Source: Gemmatimonadales bacterium
GTDB taxonomy: Bacteria; Gemmatimonadota; Gemmatimonadetes; Gemmatimonadales; Gemmatimonadaceae
Length of the DNA: 64,000 nt
Direction of reading: 5' to 3'
Assembly: GCA_038203205.1 (NCBI GenBank)
Contig: JBBREF010000003.1
Coordinates: 10,621 to 74,620 of the forward strand
Part shown: positions 8,439-19,500 of the stretch, piece by piece
Layout of the letters: each line of letters starts with the position of its first letter
Position numbering within the stretch: the stretch's first letter is position 1
Translations under genes and position numbers: made by a program
Notes under the pieces: model-generated
Told to the model about the DNA's origin: nothing
Seen by the model: the letters and a program-made list of their open reading frames with translations, nothing else
Databases searched by the model: none

Positions 8439-9554
8439 CTACTTGAGCAGCGTAAGCCACCCAAGTTGCAGGATCTTCCCGTTGACGAGCGCATCGACAA
8501 CGTGCGTGCCGGGGTAGTGTTTTCGTGTCGTGAGATCCGCAAGTGTCACAGTTTTTCGGAACGTGTCGCGACCACCAGCCGACAACTCCATGGACTTCAG
8601 CTTGAACACCTTCGGCGAGCTGTTCCCGCTGGCCTTGATAAAGTGCACGCGCATGTCGACGATGACACGCTGCGCGCTACGGCTGGTGCTCCTGATTCCG
8701 AACGTGATTGTGACTTTTCCTCCTTTCGCTACGCGCTTCGGTGATATCACGACATCCTCGATCGCCACCCTCGCAACCCTTCCGAAGCCAAGCAGCTCCA
8801 GTGCGTCGGGGTTTCCCTGCTTCACAAGTGAACGAAGTGCGTGCTTGATCAAGGCCTGCCGTTCATCAGACGCACCTTTCATCCATTTCTCTGCAACACG
8901 AAGCAGGATGTCAGGATGATCCTTCCCGATATCGTTGAGGTTGTTTGCAACTGAACGCCTCACGTAGATCGCGTGATCATCCTTGAGCAGCTCGAGCAGT
9001 GCGATCACCTGAGTTGGATCCTCCTGAAACCGGCGCAGCCTGCCTCCCCACGGCAGCCGTGGGCGAGTCCCCTCTGAAACGAGCCGGCGAACGTGCTCGT
9101 TTGGGTCTGCGGCCCATGTTCTGAGCAGCGCAAGCGACTCGCTCTCGTACCGCTCGATGAAAGGACGGATGCTGAACTCGGCCGAGAAAAGTTGAGTCAG
9201 CCGATACTGCGCCTGCATTGATTCGTGGAAGTGCTCGATACCTGACTGCGCGACAAATGACGTGTGCGGAAGAAAGAAGAACGCTGCCATGCCGCCAGTG
9301 GACTGATCACCCGGGCGAAGCTCGTCGATCGATCGCATCAGGATCTTCAATGCATCCGGATAGTTCGAAGGCAGGTGTCGCGCGAGGGACCGTGCGATGG
9401 ACCGCCCGCGATCCATCAATTCGAGGTCAGCGTATCCCTCGAGCGCGTCACCGAGGAAGTCCGCGTCGCGGAAGGACGGCCACACTGTCTTGATCTGTCG
9501 CGCGAGTGCGCGCGGAATCCGTTCGCCAAAGTGGCTCTTCAGAGGTTCACCCAT
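8439..9554 (-). CDS. DNA alkylation repair protein (AlkC/AlkD-like HEAT-repeat glycosylase with C-terminal Ig-like domain)
   Basis: FSAEFSIRPF, HVRRLVSEGTRPRLPW, YVRRSVANNLNDIGKDHP and TTRKHYPG motifs. Confidence 0.9.
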   Translation of the reverse strand: MGEPLKSHFGERIPRALARQIKTVWPSFRDADFLGDALEGYADLELMDRGRSIARSLARHLPSNYPDALKILMRSIDELRPGDQSTGGMAAFFFLPHTSFVAQSGIEHFHESMQAQYRLTQLFSAEFSIRPFIERYESESLALLRTWAADPNEHVRRLVSEGTRPRLPWGGRLRRFQEDPTQVIALLELLKDDHAIYVRRSVANNLNDIGKDHPDILLRVAEKWMKGASDERQALIKHALRSLVKQGNPDALELLGFGRVARVAIEDVVISPKRVAKGGKVTITFGIRSTSRSAQRVIVDMRVHFIKASGNSSPKVFKLKSMELSAGGRDTFRKTVTLADLTTRKHYPGTHVVDALVNGKILQLGWLTLLK

Positions 9555-9664
9555 CGCTGCTCCAGTAGTCGCTGCGGGAACTGCTCGCCATCCTTCCCGG
9601 CGTTGGCCTGTTGGCCGCACCGGCGCTAATATCAAGGTTCAATCATTACAGGACGGAATGCCAA

Positions 9665-10198
9665 ATGAGGAATCGCGTCGTCGCCCTGTTGTTTTCAATC
9701 GTACTGGCCACGCCCGCCGCTGGTCAGGGACTGATGCCAGACCTCCACAAGGACGTCAGCAGCGTCCAGAAAAAATTCATTGACCTGGCCAACGCCATCC
9801 CGGAATCAGCATACGCGTGGCGGCCCTCCGGTGCACGATCGATCGGCGAAGTACTGCTGCATGTGGCCGCCGACAACTACCTGATTCCCATCATGATGGG
9901 GAAGGCTGCGCCCCCGGCGAGCGGAATCACCGCTGACATGAAAACCGCTGAGGCCTTTGAGAAGAAGCCGCTGTCAAAGGCCCAGATTGTAGCCGAGCTC
10001 GAGGCGTCGTTCGGGCATCTTCATGGTGCGATGAATCTGACTACAGATGCGAACCTCGAGGAGAACATCAAGTTCTTCGGCCAGGACTGGACGCGCCGCC
10101 GTGCAATGGTCAGCACCATCAATCACCTTCACGAGCACCTCGGCCAGTTCATTGCGTACGCAAGAAGCAATAGCGTGGCGCCTCCCTGGAGTCAGTGA
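9665..10198 (+). CDS. Exported DinB-family protein
   Basis: Signal peptide; WRP...RSIGEVLLHVA and HLHEHLGQFIAYARSN..APPWS. Confidence 0.9.
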   Translation: MRNRVVALLFSIVLATPAAGQGLMPDLHKDVSSVQKKFIDLANAIPESAYAWRPSGARSIGEVLLHVAADNYLIPIMMGKAAPPASGITADMKTAEAFEKKPLSKAQIVAELEASFGHLHGAMNLTTDANLEENIKFFGQDWTRRRAMVSTINHLHEHLGQFIAYARSNSVAPPWSQ

Positions 10199-10221
10199 AG
10201 CTTATGCTACGGTGAATCAGT

Positions 10222-10258
10222 TGGCGCTATTAGTACCTTGTCGATACTAATAGCGTCA
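10222..10258. repeat. AT-rich inverted repeat (ATTAGTA-N9-TACTAAT family) between convergent genes; may act as a bidirectional terminator
   Basis: TGGCGCTATTAGTA-N9-TACTAATAGCGTCA. Confidence 0.7.
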
Positions 10259-10267
10259 CCTGGTGCT

Positions 10268-11653
10268 TTAGTTTCCGTACGTCGCGTAGTACGCCCACAA
10301 CCTCGTCAGCACGTCAGCCATCGCATTGTTCGACCTCGGGCCCTGCGTGTCGTGGGAGTTGGTCACTGCCATTACTGCCACTCCACGATCCAGTGCGACC
10401 TGAGTCCGCGCGTAGTTCAGGTTGTTTGACCCGTCGTGCTCGACACCCCGTCCCGAAGCCCAAGCAGCATTGTTTGCGATCGCCCATCCGGAACCATAGT
10501 TAGCCGAAGACTGCGAAGTCGTGTTAACCCGGGCCACCGCCTGAGTCACGAGCGTCGACTGCCCCTGGTCAGCTTTCATGATCTCCTGGAGCACTTTTCC
10601 GTAAGACTCAAGTGACCAGTGCGAACGGCCAGCCGACGAAAGAAACGGAGGGTTGTCGGAGGTCGGCCATTCAGACCACGTCGTGCCGCTGCGTTGATGC
10701 CCCACAGGATTCCCTGTCGGTGTCGGACCCCAGCCAAACGCCGTAGCACCGAGCGGACCGAGTAGACGTGTCTGCATCGTCTCCTCCCATGAAATTCCCA
10801 GTGCCCGCTCGACCATGTTAGCCGCTACCATGAATCCCACATTCGAATAGTTGTACGTCCCGACAGCTGGACTGGCCGCCGTCTGGGTGGCGGTCTTGGC
10901 AATAGCAGCGCGTTGAGCGGTGAGTGTGCCGGCCGGCACCTGGTTGGTATTGATGTTGGGGATCATTCCGCCGGTATGTCCAAGCAGCTGCCGAAGTGTG
11001 ACGTCCCGATACTCCGCTCGCATCGATCCCGAGAGTTCCGGATACGCCTCAGCCATCGTCGTCGTCCAGTTGATCTTGCCTTCAGTGACGGCAATGCCGG
11101 CGACGTGTGCGGTGATTGCCTTCAGGTTCGAGCCAATGTGCCAGAGATCGCCCATGGTTACAGGTGTCGTCTGGCTCGCGCGACGCCGCCCGCTTACCGC
11201 TGCACCGAATACTCCATTGCTTCGAGTGACTATGCCTGCGGCCAGAGCCGGAAGATCATACTGGGCGCGTACCGACTCTACAATGGCAGTCAGGAAACCT
11301 GAACGCGTGTCGATGTTGACAGAAGCACCTTTGGATTGACCATCCGCGGTAGCGGTAATGGTCACAGTGCCGCGTGAGATGGCGGTGATCGTCCCGGCCG
11401 CTACAGTTGCGACTGCGTTGTCTGAACTGCTCCACGTGATGGTGCGTCCGGAGACGGCAGTACCGGCGGCGCTCCGGGGCGTTGCTGTCGCAGACTTCGA
11501 CGTCCCGGTTTCCATCTGAGTCGGCATGTTTTCGAGCGTGACCGATGCTACAGTGACGCCAGGCGGCGCTCCGCTGGGGCCAGTTGGTTCAGACGATCCG
11601 CCGCAGCCAATGCTCAGAGCTGCCAGCGTGGTCACTAATAAAACGGTTCTCAT
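10268..11653 (-). CDS. Lipoprotein: Ig-like (Big_2) domain plus beta-lactamase-fold serine hydrolase
   Basis: Lipobox LSIGC; TWSSSDNAVATV (Big_2); SxxK (GSNLK), LLGHTGG, YSN and HDGS. Confidence 0.88.
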   Translation of the reverse strand: MRTVLLVTTLAALSIGCGGSSEPTGPSGAPPGVTVASVTLENMPTQMETGTSKSATATPRSAAGTAVSGRTITWSSSDNAVATVAAGTITAISRGTVTITATADGQSKGASVNIDTRSGFLTAIVESVRAQYDLPALAAGIVTRSNGVFGAAVSGRRRASQTTPVTMGDLWHIGSNLKAITAHVAGIAVTEGKINWTTTMAEAYPELSGSMRAEYRDVTLRQLLGHTGGMIPNINTNQVPAGTLTAQRAAIAKTATQTAASPAVGTYNYSNVGFMVAANMVERALGISWEETMQTRLLGPLGATAFGWGPTPTGNPVGHQRSGTTWSEWPTSDNPPFLSSAGRSHWSLESYGKVLQEIMKADQGQSTLVTQAVARVNTTSQSSANYGSGWAIANNAAWASGRGVEHDGSNNLNYARTQVALDRGVAVMAVTNSHDTQGPRSNNAMADVLTRLWAYYATYGN

Positions 11654-11731
11654 GCGCGAGCCTCATCGAAGTGGGGATTGTTGCTTCCATGAGGTAAAGC
11701 GGTAAAGGACGCTGTTGTGGCTCAAACCCCG

Positions 11732-13225
11732 TCACTCAGTTTTTCCGTAGCGGCGCATGAGACTCGCGATCAACGCCGAGGTATCCGGCGCGTTCCCCGT
11801 AGCCTTTTTGATCATCACGGCCGGTGCGTATCGCTTGCCGTGACGATGAATATTCTCCCCGAGCCACTCGCGTAGCGCGGCAAAATCCCCCGCCGCAAAC
11901 GCCGCCTCGAGTGGACCCACCGCTCCCTCGGCAGCGTCAAACAGTTGGGCCGCATAGACATTACCGAGCGTATAAGTGGGGAAATATCCGATGAGTCCTT
12001 CTGACCAGTGGATGTCCTGGAGACAGCCGTTGCGATCGCTGTCGGGTGCGATGCCGAGGTAGCGTTCGTACAGCTCGTTCCAGGCGTTCGGCAGGTCCGA
12101 GGCGTGCAGATCTCCTGACAGAAGCGCGCGCTCGATCTCGAAGCGAATGACGATGTGAAGGTTGTAGGTAACCTCATCTGCTTCGACGCGAATGAGGCCG
12201 GGAGATGCGTGATTGATCTCGCTGCGAAACTCGTCGATTGTAACATCATGAATACCGAAGGCATCCTGAAACTGCGGATAGAAGTGCTCCCAGAATCCGC
12301 GACTGCGGCCTACGAAGTTTTCCCACAGGCGCGACTGAGATTCGTGGATACCCAGTGACACCGCTTCTCCCATGGGCGTACCGTAGTGCGCCGGATCAAG
12401 ACCCTGCTCGTACAGAGCATGTCCTGTTTCGTGGAGCACTGCGAGGAAACCGCTAGCGAAGTTACGCGGATGGTACCTGAGCGCGATGCGCACATCACCT
12501 GGTCCAATGAATGAACAGAATGGATGGGGTCCAAGGTCGAAGCGGCCATTCTCCAAACTGAAGCCAAGCCTGGACGCCACACCTTCGGCGAACGCCCGTT
12601 GCCGGTCCAGGGGCAAGTCGCGATCGAGTTTAGTCGACGGTGCACGCGCGTCGCGAAGCGAGTCCACCAGCGGAACCAGCTGCTCGCGCAGATGTGCAAA
12701 CAATGTTGACAGCGCCTCCGTCGTCATGCCAGGCTCGTAGTCGTCCAGGAGCGCATCGTACCGCACGCCCTCGTAGCCAACTGCATCAGCCTTTTCACGT
12801 GCGAGCGCGAAAGTCTGGTCGAGCCATGGCGCGAACGCGGGGAAATCGTTTCGATCTCGCGCTTCCGACCACGCTTGTGACGAGAGTGCCGCTACGCGCG
12901 CGAGTTCCTCGACGAGCCGGCGAGGAAGCCGCGTTTCACGGTCGTAGTCGCGCCGCAGCTCGCGGACATTTACTGACTCGACACTCGCTGGATCCCTGAC
13001 GAGTGACGATGCCTCGACATCGCTGATGAGATCGCCAAGCTTCGGATCGGTAGCGCGGTCGTGCGCGAGTCCAGCGAGGAGAGCGAGCTGTTCACCGCGA
13101 TGATTGACGCCTCCGCGGGGCATGCAGATTTCCGCATCCCACTGGAGGATACTGCTGCACGATGACAACACCGTGCGCTCGCGAGAGAGTCGAATCAGTT
13201 CTGCGTAGGCTTGTTCAGGGTTCAC
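11732..13225 (-). CDS. Carboxypeptidase M32 (Taq-like)
   Basis: HPFC, HETGHALYEQ, HESQSRLWEN, IRVEADE, GCLQDIHW and GYFPTYTLG motifs. Confidence 0.96.
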   Translation of the reverse strand: MNPEQAYAELIRLSRERTVLSSCSSILQWDAEICMPRGGVNHRGEQLALLAGLAHDRATDPKLGDLISDVEASSLVRDPASVESVNVRELRRDYDRETRLPRRLVEELARVAALSSQAWSEARDRNDFPAFAPWLDQTFALAREKADAVGYEGVRYDALLDDYEPGMTTEALSTLFAHLREQLVPLVDSLRDARAPSTKLDRDLPLDRQRAFAEGVASRLGFSLENGRFDLGPHPFCSFIGPGDVRIALRYHPRNFASGFLAVLHETGHALYEQGLDPAHYGTPMGEAVSLGIHESQSRLWENFVGRSRGFWEHFYPQFQDAFGIHDVTIDEFRSEINHASPGLIRVEADEVTYNLHIVIRFEIERALLSGDLHASDLPNAWNELYERYLGIAPDSDRNGCLQDIHWSEGLIGYFPTYTLGNVYAAQLFDAAEGAVGPLEAAFAAGDFAALREWLGENIHRHGKRYAPAVMIKKATGNAPDTSALIASLMRRYGKTE

Positions 13226-13246
13226 AGTTGCCTGCTGTCGAGGTGA

Positions 13247-14197
13247 TCAGATTTCGAGAAGGTCCCGGCCAACTATCAAGTTGCCGGAGAAATGCGGCCG
13301 GACTGCATCGTGCCACACCTCGTCTGGCACGAAAGGATATCCGCCGGGAACGAAGTGCGACAGCACGAGCGTCTTGACGCCTGCCTCCGTCGCGAGCTGT
13401 CCTACCTGTTCAGTGGTCGTGTGGCTCGCCAGGAGATGCTCGCGGAGTGTCGTGGCATTCGAATCACGTGCGATGAGCGAATCTATTGAAGGCACGTGCA
13501 TCACCTCGTGCACCAGAACGTCTGCGCCCCGCGCGAGCGCGACCAGCGCCTTCGACGGTCGCGTATCACCGGAGATTACGATCGACCGGTCCGGGCAGTC
13601 GAACCGATACGCGAATGCGGGTGCCACTGGCGGATGTTCGACGAGGGCGGCAGTGACCTTGACGTTTGCATCCTGCATTACCGGCCCGCCGGTGGTCAGG
13701 TCGTGCGCCGAAATCAGCGGCTCGAGTGCGGGACGTCCTTCGTCTACCATGCGGGTGCGGATGTCGACATCGTTCAACGCGAGGAAATGCCGCGTCATCT
13801 CCTCGAGCGGCGGCGGGCCGTAAGTGTTCACGGGCGTCCCGAGGTCCGAGGCCCACGCGAGCAGGAGAAGGTTACCGTAGTCCGCGTTGTGATCAGAATG
13901 CTGATGTGTGAGAAAAACGCCGCGAATCGATCCGAGCCGGAGATTGGCAAGGATCATCTGCCTCGCAACTCCATTCCCGCAATCGATGACGTAGGCTGCA
14001 CCGCCAACGACGATCACCTGCGATGGCGCTGCACGGTTGGGCTTTGGTGTTGGCCCGCCGGCTGTGCCGAGCAGAATGAGTCGTGATTTTTCCGAAGAGT
14101 GTGCTGCCTGCCCAAGGGCGAGGGATGACACGAGTGGAGCTGAAGTCAGCGCCGCGCTTGCCCATATGAACTCGCGTCGAGTAAGCCTGATCGCCAA
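13247..14197 (-). CDS. Tat-exported MBL-fold hydrolase (RNase Z/arylsulfatase-like)
   Basis: LTRREFI Tat motif; LLGTAGGP, THQHSDH, SGDT, LVHE and LSH. Confidence 0.9.
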   Translation of the reverse strand: MAIRLTRREFIWASAALTSAPLVSSLALGQAAHSSEKSRLILLGTAGGPTPKPNRAAPSQVIVVGGAAYVIDCGNGVARQMILANLRLGSIRGVFLTHQHSDHNADYGNLLLLAWASDLGTPVNTYGPPPLEEMTRHFLALNDVDIRTRMVDEGRPALEPLISAHDLTTGGPVMQDANVKVTAALVEHPPVAPAFAYRFDCPDRSIVISGDTRPSKALVALARGADVLVHEVMHVPSIDSLIARDSNATTLREHLLASHTTTEQVGQLATEAGVKTLVLSHFVPGGYPFVPDEVWHDAVRPHFSGNLIVGRDLLEI

Positions 14198-14224
14198 CGA
14201 AGGTTGCTCCCGTTTATTGGAGGA

Positions 14225-14902
14225 TCACGTGGCAGTTGAACCGCTGATCCGCGCGATGATACCCTCCATCTGCTGCCGTCTGGTTCTCGCCCATCCGGGT
14301 AGTCGCAAACTGGTGAAGCCGAACATTCCTGCACCCGCTGCGGCGAGTGTCGTCATCGACGAGATCATTCCCGTATCGACGGGCCCACCACCAAGAAGCG
14401 CCGCGCCGCCGGTCGTGACCGCAAAGGCAAGCATCGCAATTCCACCGGCAATCATTCCCCGCGCATCTCCTTTGGTCGTACGGAGGCGGAGCCTGTGCCC
14501 GGTTGGAGTCGGCTCCATGAGCGCCTGAAGGTTGCCGTTCGTCCACTGCCTGAATGAACCTTCCTGAGAGAGTTTTCCGCGTGCGTCGAAGGTCTCGCGG
14601 AGATCCACGACGATGCGCTCCCATTCCTCGTCGGTGATTTTCCGGCCAAGCTCGACGCTCGTGCCGACGCCGATCGGAAACCCCAGGAAATGGCGCTCAG
14701 TCGGCTGCTCGCCGCGATTGACTACCTGCGCGGCATGCGCCAGTGCTTCAGGAGCGATCCCAACCTCGCGGCCAATCTCCTGAAGCTGCGCCAGCGTCAT
14801 CCCCTCGGCCGCCGGAAGATGAACCTTGGTGGCGTCCGGAAGCTCGGTGGCCTTCTCGAAGATCTGCGCGACTTCCGCCTCGTTGAATCGCCTGTCGGTC
14901 AT
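14225..14902 (-). CDS. Hypothetical membrane protein (helical N-terminal domain, two C-terminal TMs)
   Basis: 225-aa ORF with hydrophobic C-terminus; N-terminus resembles that of 39772-40383. Confidence 0.8.
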   Translation of the reverse strand: MTDRRFNEAEVAQIFEKATELPDATKVHLPAAEGMTLAQLQEIGREVGIAPEALAHAAQVVNRGEQPTERHFLGFPIGVGTSVELGRKITDEEWERIVVDLRETFDARGKLSQEGSFRQWTNGNLQALMEPTPTGHRLRLRTTKGDARGMIAGGIAMLAFAVTTGGAALLGGGPVDTGMISSMTTLAAAGAGMFGFTSLRLPGWARTRRQQMEGIIARISGSTAT

Positions 14903-15044
14903 GACATAACGTTGGGGGGTACTCCCTTCCCCCGCTACCTCCGGTTCGTGCCATATTTGTCCCCCGCTATCAAGTCCCGTTTTCCGTAGGCCGACGATCT
15001 GAATTCATCACTTGACCCAACTTCCCTCAATCAAGGTGGGCACC

Positions 15045-15566
15045 ATGTATCGAACGAGCAAAGCATCGATCGCTGTGTTGAGCATCCTGGCACTCGCCAG
15101 TTGCACGAAGGAAAGTCCGGAAGGGTCAGACACCGCGCACACCGTTACCGCGGGGCAGACTGTGGACGCGGCGGCTGACGAGCAGGCGATTCGTGCGGTC
15201 AACACTGCATGGTTCGAGGCTTATAACGCGGGCAATGTCGACGGCGTTGTCACGTCATACGCCGATGAAGCAGTGGTGAATGCACCGGGAGTCGCTCCGG
15301 CTAGTGGAGCCGCTGCGGTCCGCGCGGTGTTCGCGAAGGACGTGCCGGGCATGGCCGCGGCAGGGCTCACTCAGGTCCCGGGCTCCAACCCGCAGATCGT
15401 CGTGTCAGGCGACCTCGGCTACGAATGGAATACTTACACCGTCACTGACAAGTCCGGAAAGACCGTCGACACTGGCAAGTACGTATCAGTCTTCGCGCGG
15501 CGCGGCGGAAAGTGGGTGATCGTGAACGATATCTGGAATTCAGACCTGGCTGCTCCAGCGCCCTGA
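15045..15566 (+). CDS. Lipoprotein, NTF2-like (DUF4440/SnoaL)
   Basis: Lipobox LASC; YADEAV, SGDLGYE, GKYVSV...GKWVIVNDIWNSD. Confidence 0.88.
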   Translation: MYRTSKASIAVLSILALASCTKESPEGSDTAHTVTAGQTVDAAADEQAIRAVNTAWFEAYNAGNVDGVVTSYADEAVVNAPGVAPASGAAAVRAVFAKDVPGMAAAGLTQVPGSNPQIVVSGDLGYEWNTYTVTDKSGKTVDTGKYVSVFARRGGKWVIVNDIWNSDLAAPAP

Positions 15567-15577
15567 CAATCAGGCTC

Positions 15578-15610
15578 TTGAGATAGGAGCCACTGCGGCT
15601 CCTATCTCAA
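15578..15610. terminator. Perfect 14-bp hairpin between convergent genes (bidirectional terminator-like)
   Basis: TTGAGATAGGAGCC-actgc-GGCTCCTATCTCAA. Confidence 0.75.
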
Positions 15611-15632
15611 AGGCCGGCTGTACCGGTTTTAT

Positions 15633-16310
15633 CTATACGTAGGATTCCACCGGCAGGAATACATTCACGACGCCTTTGTCCAGCAGATCGCCCCGAAGCC
15701 CCAGGTGGTCGTGAACTTTCGTCAGTCGCTCCTCCCACTCTGAAGCTGACGCCGGGCCGCCCATATCGGTGTCGCCGTAGAAATAGAGGAACACGAGCCA
15801 GGCCTTCACTCCCTGCTCGCGAAGAAACGTCACATGCGCCAGGCGGTTTGCATACTGATAGTATTGGCGTGACCAGTCGGCTGATGCTGGCGCGCCAAGA
15901 TTCGACTTCGTATACGACAGCGCCTTGTCGATCAACACGCGCGACTTTTCCCCAGCACCGCAGTCAGATGACATTTCGGCGAAGTGAGCTTTCGCTTCGA
16001 CGAGAACCACCTCTCCGCCCGAGCCTTTCCCCAGTGCGTCCCACTGCGGACCACCTGGCGGCCAGAAAGTTTTCAACGAAGGAATGAGCTCCCGCCTGTC
16101 GAGATGCACGAGGAATCCGGCATCCCGATACTCAGCCCACTGATCGTGTTTCCTGGGAGAAATCCACTCGACAGTCCACTCTGGCTTTTCGCCAATGGCC
16201 GTTCGAAGGCTGCGGTCGAGCGCTGATGGGTCTGGCTCGATCGCGCGCTGGATCCATTTCAGGCTTCCGCGACTGCCGAGCTGCTGCGGAACTCTTTGCT
16301 GGATGAACAT
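15633..16310 (-). CDS. Hypothetical protein, PD-(D/E)xK nuclease-like
   Basis: GPQWDALG....VVLVEAKAH motif plus YYQYANRLAH. The nuclease function is inferred. Confidence 0.7.
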   Translation of the reverse strand: MFIQQRVPQQLGSRGSLKWIQRAIEPDPSALDRSLRTAIGEKPEWTVEWISPRKHDQWAEYRDAGFLVHLDRRELIPSLKTFWPPGGPQWDALGKGSGGEVVLVEAKAHFAEMSSDCGAGEKSRVLIDKALSYTKSNLGAPASADWSRQYYQYANRLAHVTFLREQGVKAWLVFLYFYGDTDMGGPASASEWEERLTKVHDHLGLRGDLLDKGVVNVFLPVESYV

Positions 16311-16356
16311 CCTGGTAACAAACCGATTGAGTTTCGCAATTACAACCGTTGCCAGC

Positions 16357-16530
16357 CTATTTCTTCAACCAGTTCGAAGTAGCTCCGGGCGACGTCCAGG
16401 TCATGTGCGTGATCTTTTGCGCAGCATCGCGAACGAAACAGACGTCGCCGTAATACTTGAACTCGTAGAAGCACCCAGGCGTCGTGGGCGCAAGCTTGAC
16501 ATCGCCGGCATATAGATCCTGCCGAATCAA
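16357..16530 (-). pseudogene. Short gene remnant resembling the C-terminal beta domain of a serine hydrolase
   Basis: Frame reads QDLYAGDVKLAPTTPGCFYEFKYYGDVCFVRDAAQKITHMTW...KK*; no good start or RBS. Confidence 0.35.
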
Positions 16531-16587
16531 CCGAACTGCGAACCTCGAACCCCCTTCACGATGGTGCCTGATTTATAAAGCCGGGCT

Positions 16588-19500
16588 CTATCTGTTATAA
16601 AGAACGCGAACACCAAGCTGTGCCCGCCAGCGCGAAAAAAGCCCGGGGTCATCGACGAAAGTCGTCGCCGGGCCTATAAAGTTGAAAACCGGTGCGCCGG
16701 CGGAATTGAATCTTGCAAGCGACAACGGAGAGGTCGCTGCAGAGCTTGCCACTTTTCGGACTCCCCAGTCCGAGCTCAGGAGATTTGCGACGTTCAGCAC
16801 ATCGAGCGTCACCTGGAAGCCATGCTTCTGGCCACTCCGGCTGAAGTTGATATCCTGCAGCACGCGGAGGTCGATGTTCTGGTACCACGGATTCACGGCA
16901 CCAGCGCGCTCAGCGATCCGACCGCGGTTCGAGCTGAGATAATCATCCTGCTCGATGAAAGCGTTGAGCCGTGACCACTGGTCTGCAGCGGAAACGGTCT
17001 GGCCGCCGCTCGTCAGCGGTTCGATCAGTATGTCGCCGGCGTCGCGCGGAATGTAGATCAGGTCGTTACCCGCCTGCCCATCGCCATTGACATCGCCAGC
17101 GTAGATGAACGAGTAGCGATTACCGCCAGCACCCGCGAAGCGATTTCCTTCGGCCAGCTCTCCGAAAATTCCAACCTGCGTGCGGAACCGTTCCGACCAT
17201 GATCGCGAATACGAAGCTGAGAGGATGAATCTGTGCCGCTGTCCAAACTCGGAGTAGCTTCTCTCCGGACGATTCGGATCACCACTGTTCGGCTGAGACG
17301 ACCACAGAACGCTGGCAATCTCAGATGACCGCAGCGAGTTGCGCGCATCGTTGTAGGAGTAGCCCAGGCTCGCTTCCGCGTTCGGCGTCAACGTCTTGCG
17401 AAGCTGGCCGGTGAAGTTGAAAGAGTATCCGTCGTCTGTATTGTCGATGACGTAGATGCCGGCTCCGCCATCGGAGTTAAGCTCATTGTTGCCGAAACCA
17501 CCGTAATACGGGCGCCCGTCAGGAAGTGTCCGCACCGGCGCACGGAGATCAGCATTGCGCACGTACACGCCCTTTAGATCCTTCGAATACATCACCTCGG
17601 CGGTACCGAGCATTCCCCACGGAAGCTGCTGGTCGATGCCGATATCCGTCGTCCACGACTGCGGCCACTCAAAGTCTGGGTCCATCGCATTGACGTCGAA
17701 CGAGGGCGCGAGAACCGATCCGTGCTTCGTTGCGATTGGTGCGTTTGGTGGTGCCAGGTTTGGATTCGCCCCGGGATTCGAGATAACGTTGCCGACCCAG
17801 ACGAATGGAACACGCCCCGTGAAGATCCCTGTCCCGCCGCGAATCTGGGTGCTTCTGTTGCCGGCAGCATTCCAGTTGAAGCCGAGGCGTGGGGAAAATA
17901 TCGGCTTCGAATCAGGAAGCCTGCTCTGATCCACCACTTCTGCCTGCCGGTTCTCGTCCAGTGCCGTCAAGCCACGCGAAAACGGATTGTCCACGGGATC
18001 GGTGAAATACATCGGGAAGTCAACGCGGAGCCCGTACGTCAGCTTCAGTCGGTCAGTGGCAAGCATCTCATCCTGAGCGTAGAACGACAGTTGGCCGACA
18101 TGAATGTTCTCACCCTTCGTCGGGCCAGTCCCTATCATGCTGGCAAAGTTTTTCTTGTTGGCCCCCGTAGTCGACGCAAAGAACTCATCGAGAGAACCAA
18201 ACTGGCTTCCGACCGGAATGAACGCCGGCAGGAAAAACACGCCGTGCCTGAAAATGTTGAACGAGTTGAAGAAATCGAACGACTCGAAATTTGTACCGAC
18301 TGTGAAAACGTGCTTGCCCCTGAAGTAGCTGAGATTGTTCGTGAGCTGCAGCACGTCCTGATCGAGAATGTTGTTGATCGAGAATGGCTCGTGGCCGAGC
18401 GTGGTGTAGGTCACGCCGGCTTCGCCGATGTCGATGGTCGGGAAATCCTCGCTGAACGGTTCGCGAGCGTCGCGGAAGCGGTTGTAGCTCGCGAAGAACC
18501 GGTTCGCAAACTTCGTCCACCTGCTGTTGTGCTCGAGCGCCAGGGAGGTCAGGTCGTTGTTGATGGCATAGCCCGAATTGTAGAACGGCAGGCTCGACTC
18601 GTTGGGGCCACGCCCGGTATTGCCGAAGCTTAAAACGAACGGGTGCGGTCCCAGGTCACGTTTGGCGTTGAGGTAGTTGACGCGAAAGCTCAGCGTCTGG
18701 TTGCTCGCCATGTTCCAGTCGAGCTTGCCGATGATCTTGTCGTTGTCGGTATGAAAAAAGTACCCCTGATACGGTCCTGGATCGTATCCGTAACCGCTGA
18801 TCATGCGCTCGCGAATCCGGTCCATCACGCTTGCCTCTACCCGTGACACGCCAAGGCCTGAGGCCCCACCGGTCCGGGCGATGAAATTCGAACCCGGATC
18901 AGTGGTACGTTCTATTTCGCCATTTACGTAATAGAAGAGCTTGTCCCTGATGAGCGCTCCGCTGATTGACGCGCCGCTCTGATTGTAAGAGAGATCAGGA
19001 TTCGCAACGACTTTAGTTCCGCTGACCGTGTTTCCCTGAAACGCGTCATTTCGTGCGAAGGTGTAGGCGGTCGCGCGAAAATCGTTAGTGCCGCTCTTCG
19101 TCACGGTATTGATGTTGGCTCCGGTAAAGCCGCCTTCACGAACATCGAATGGCGCTAGCGATACTTGCAGCTCCGCAACGGCGTCGTAGGGCACCGGCTC
19201 AGCGTTCGTCTGGCCGCCCGGAGCGGGGTCGTCGAGCCCGTACGGATTGTTGAAGTACGAGCCATCGAGCGAGATGTTGTTGTAGAGCCAGTTCTTTCCC
19301 GCGAAGCTCATGTTGCCATCACTTCGAGGATCCAGCTTCGTAAGATCGCGCGTGCTGCGCTTGATTGATGGCGTTACTGCCACCCTCGCCTCCCCCACCC
19401 GCGTCGAGGCGCCAGTACGTCCAGCGTTCAGGACCTCATCTCTCTCAGCAGTGACCGTAACCCCGGTGAGCTCGAGTGCCTGGCGCGTGAGCCGGAAATC

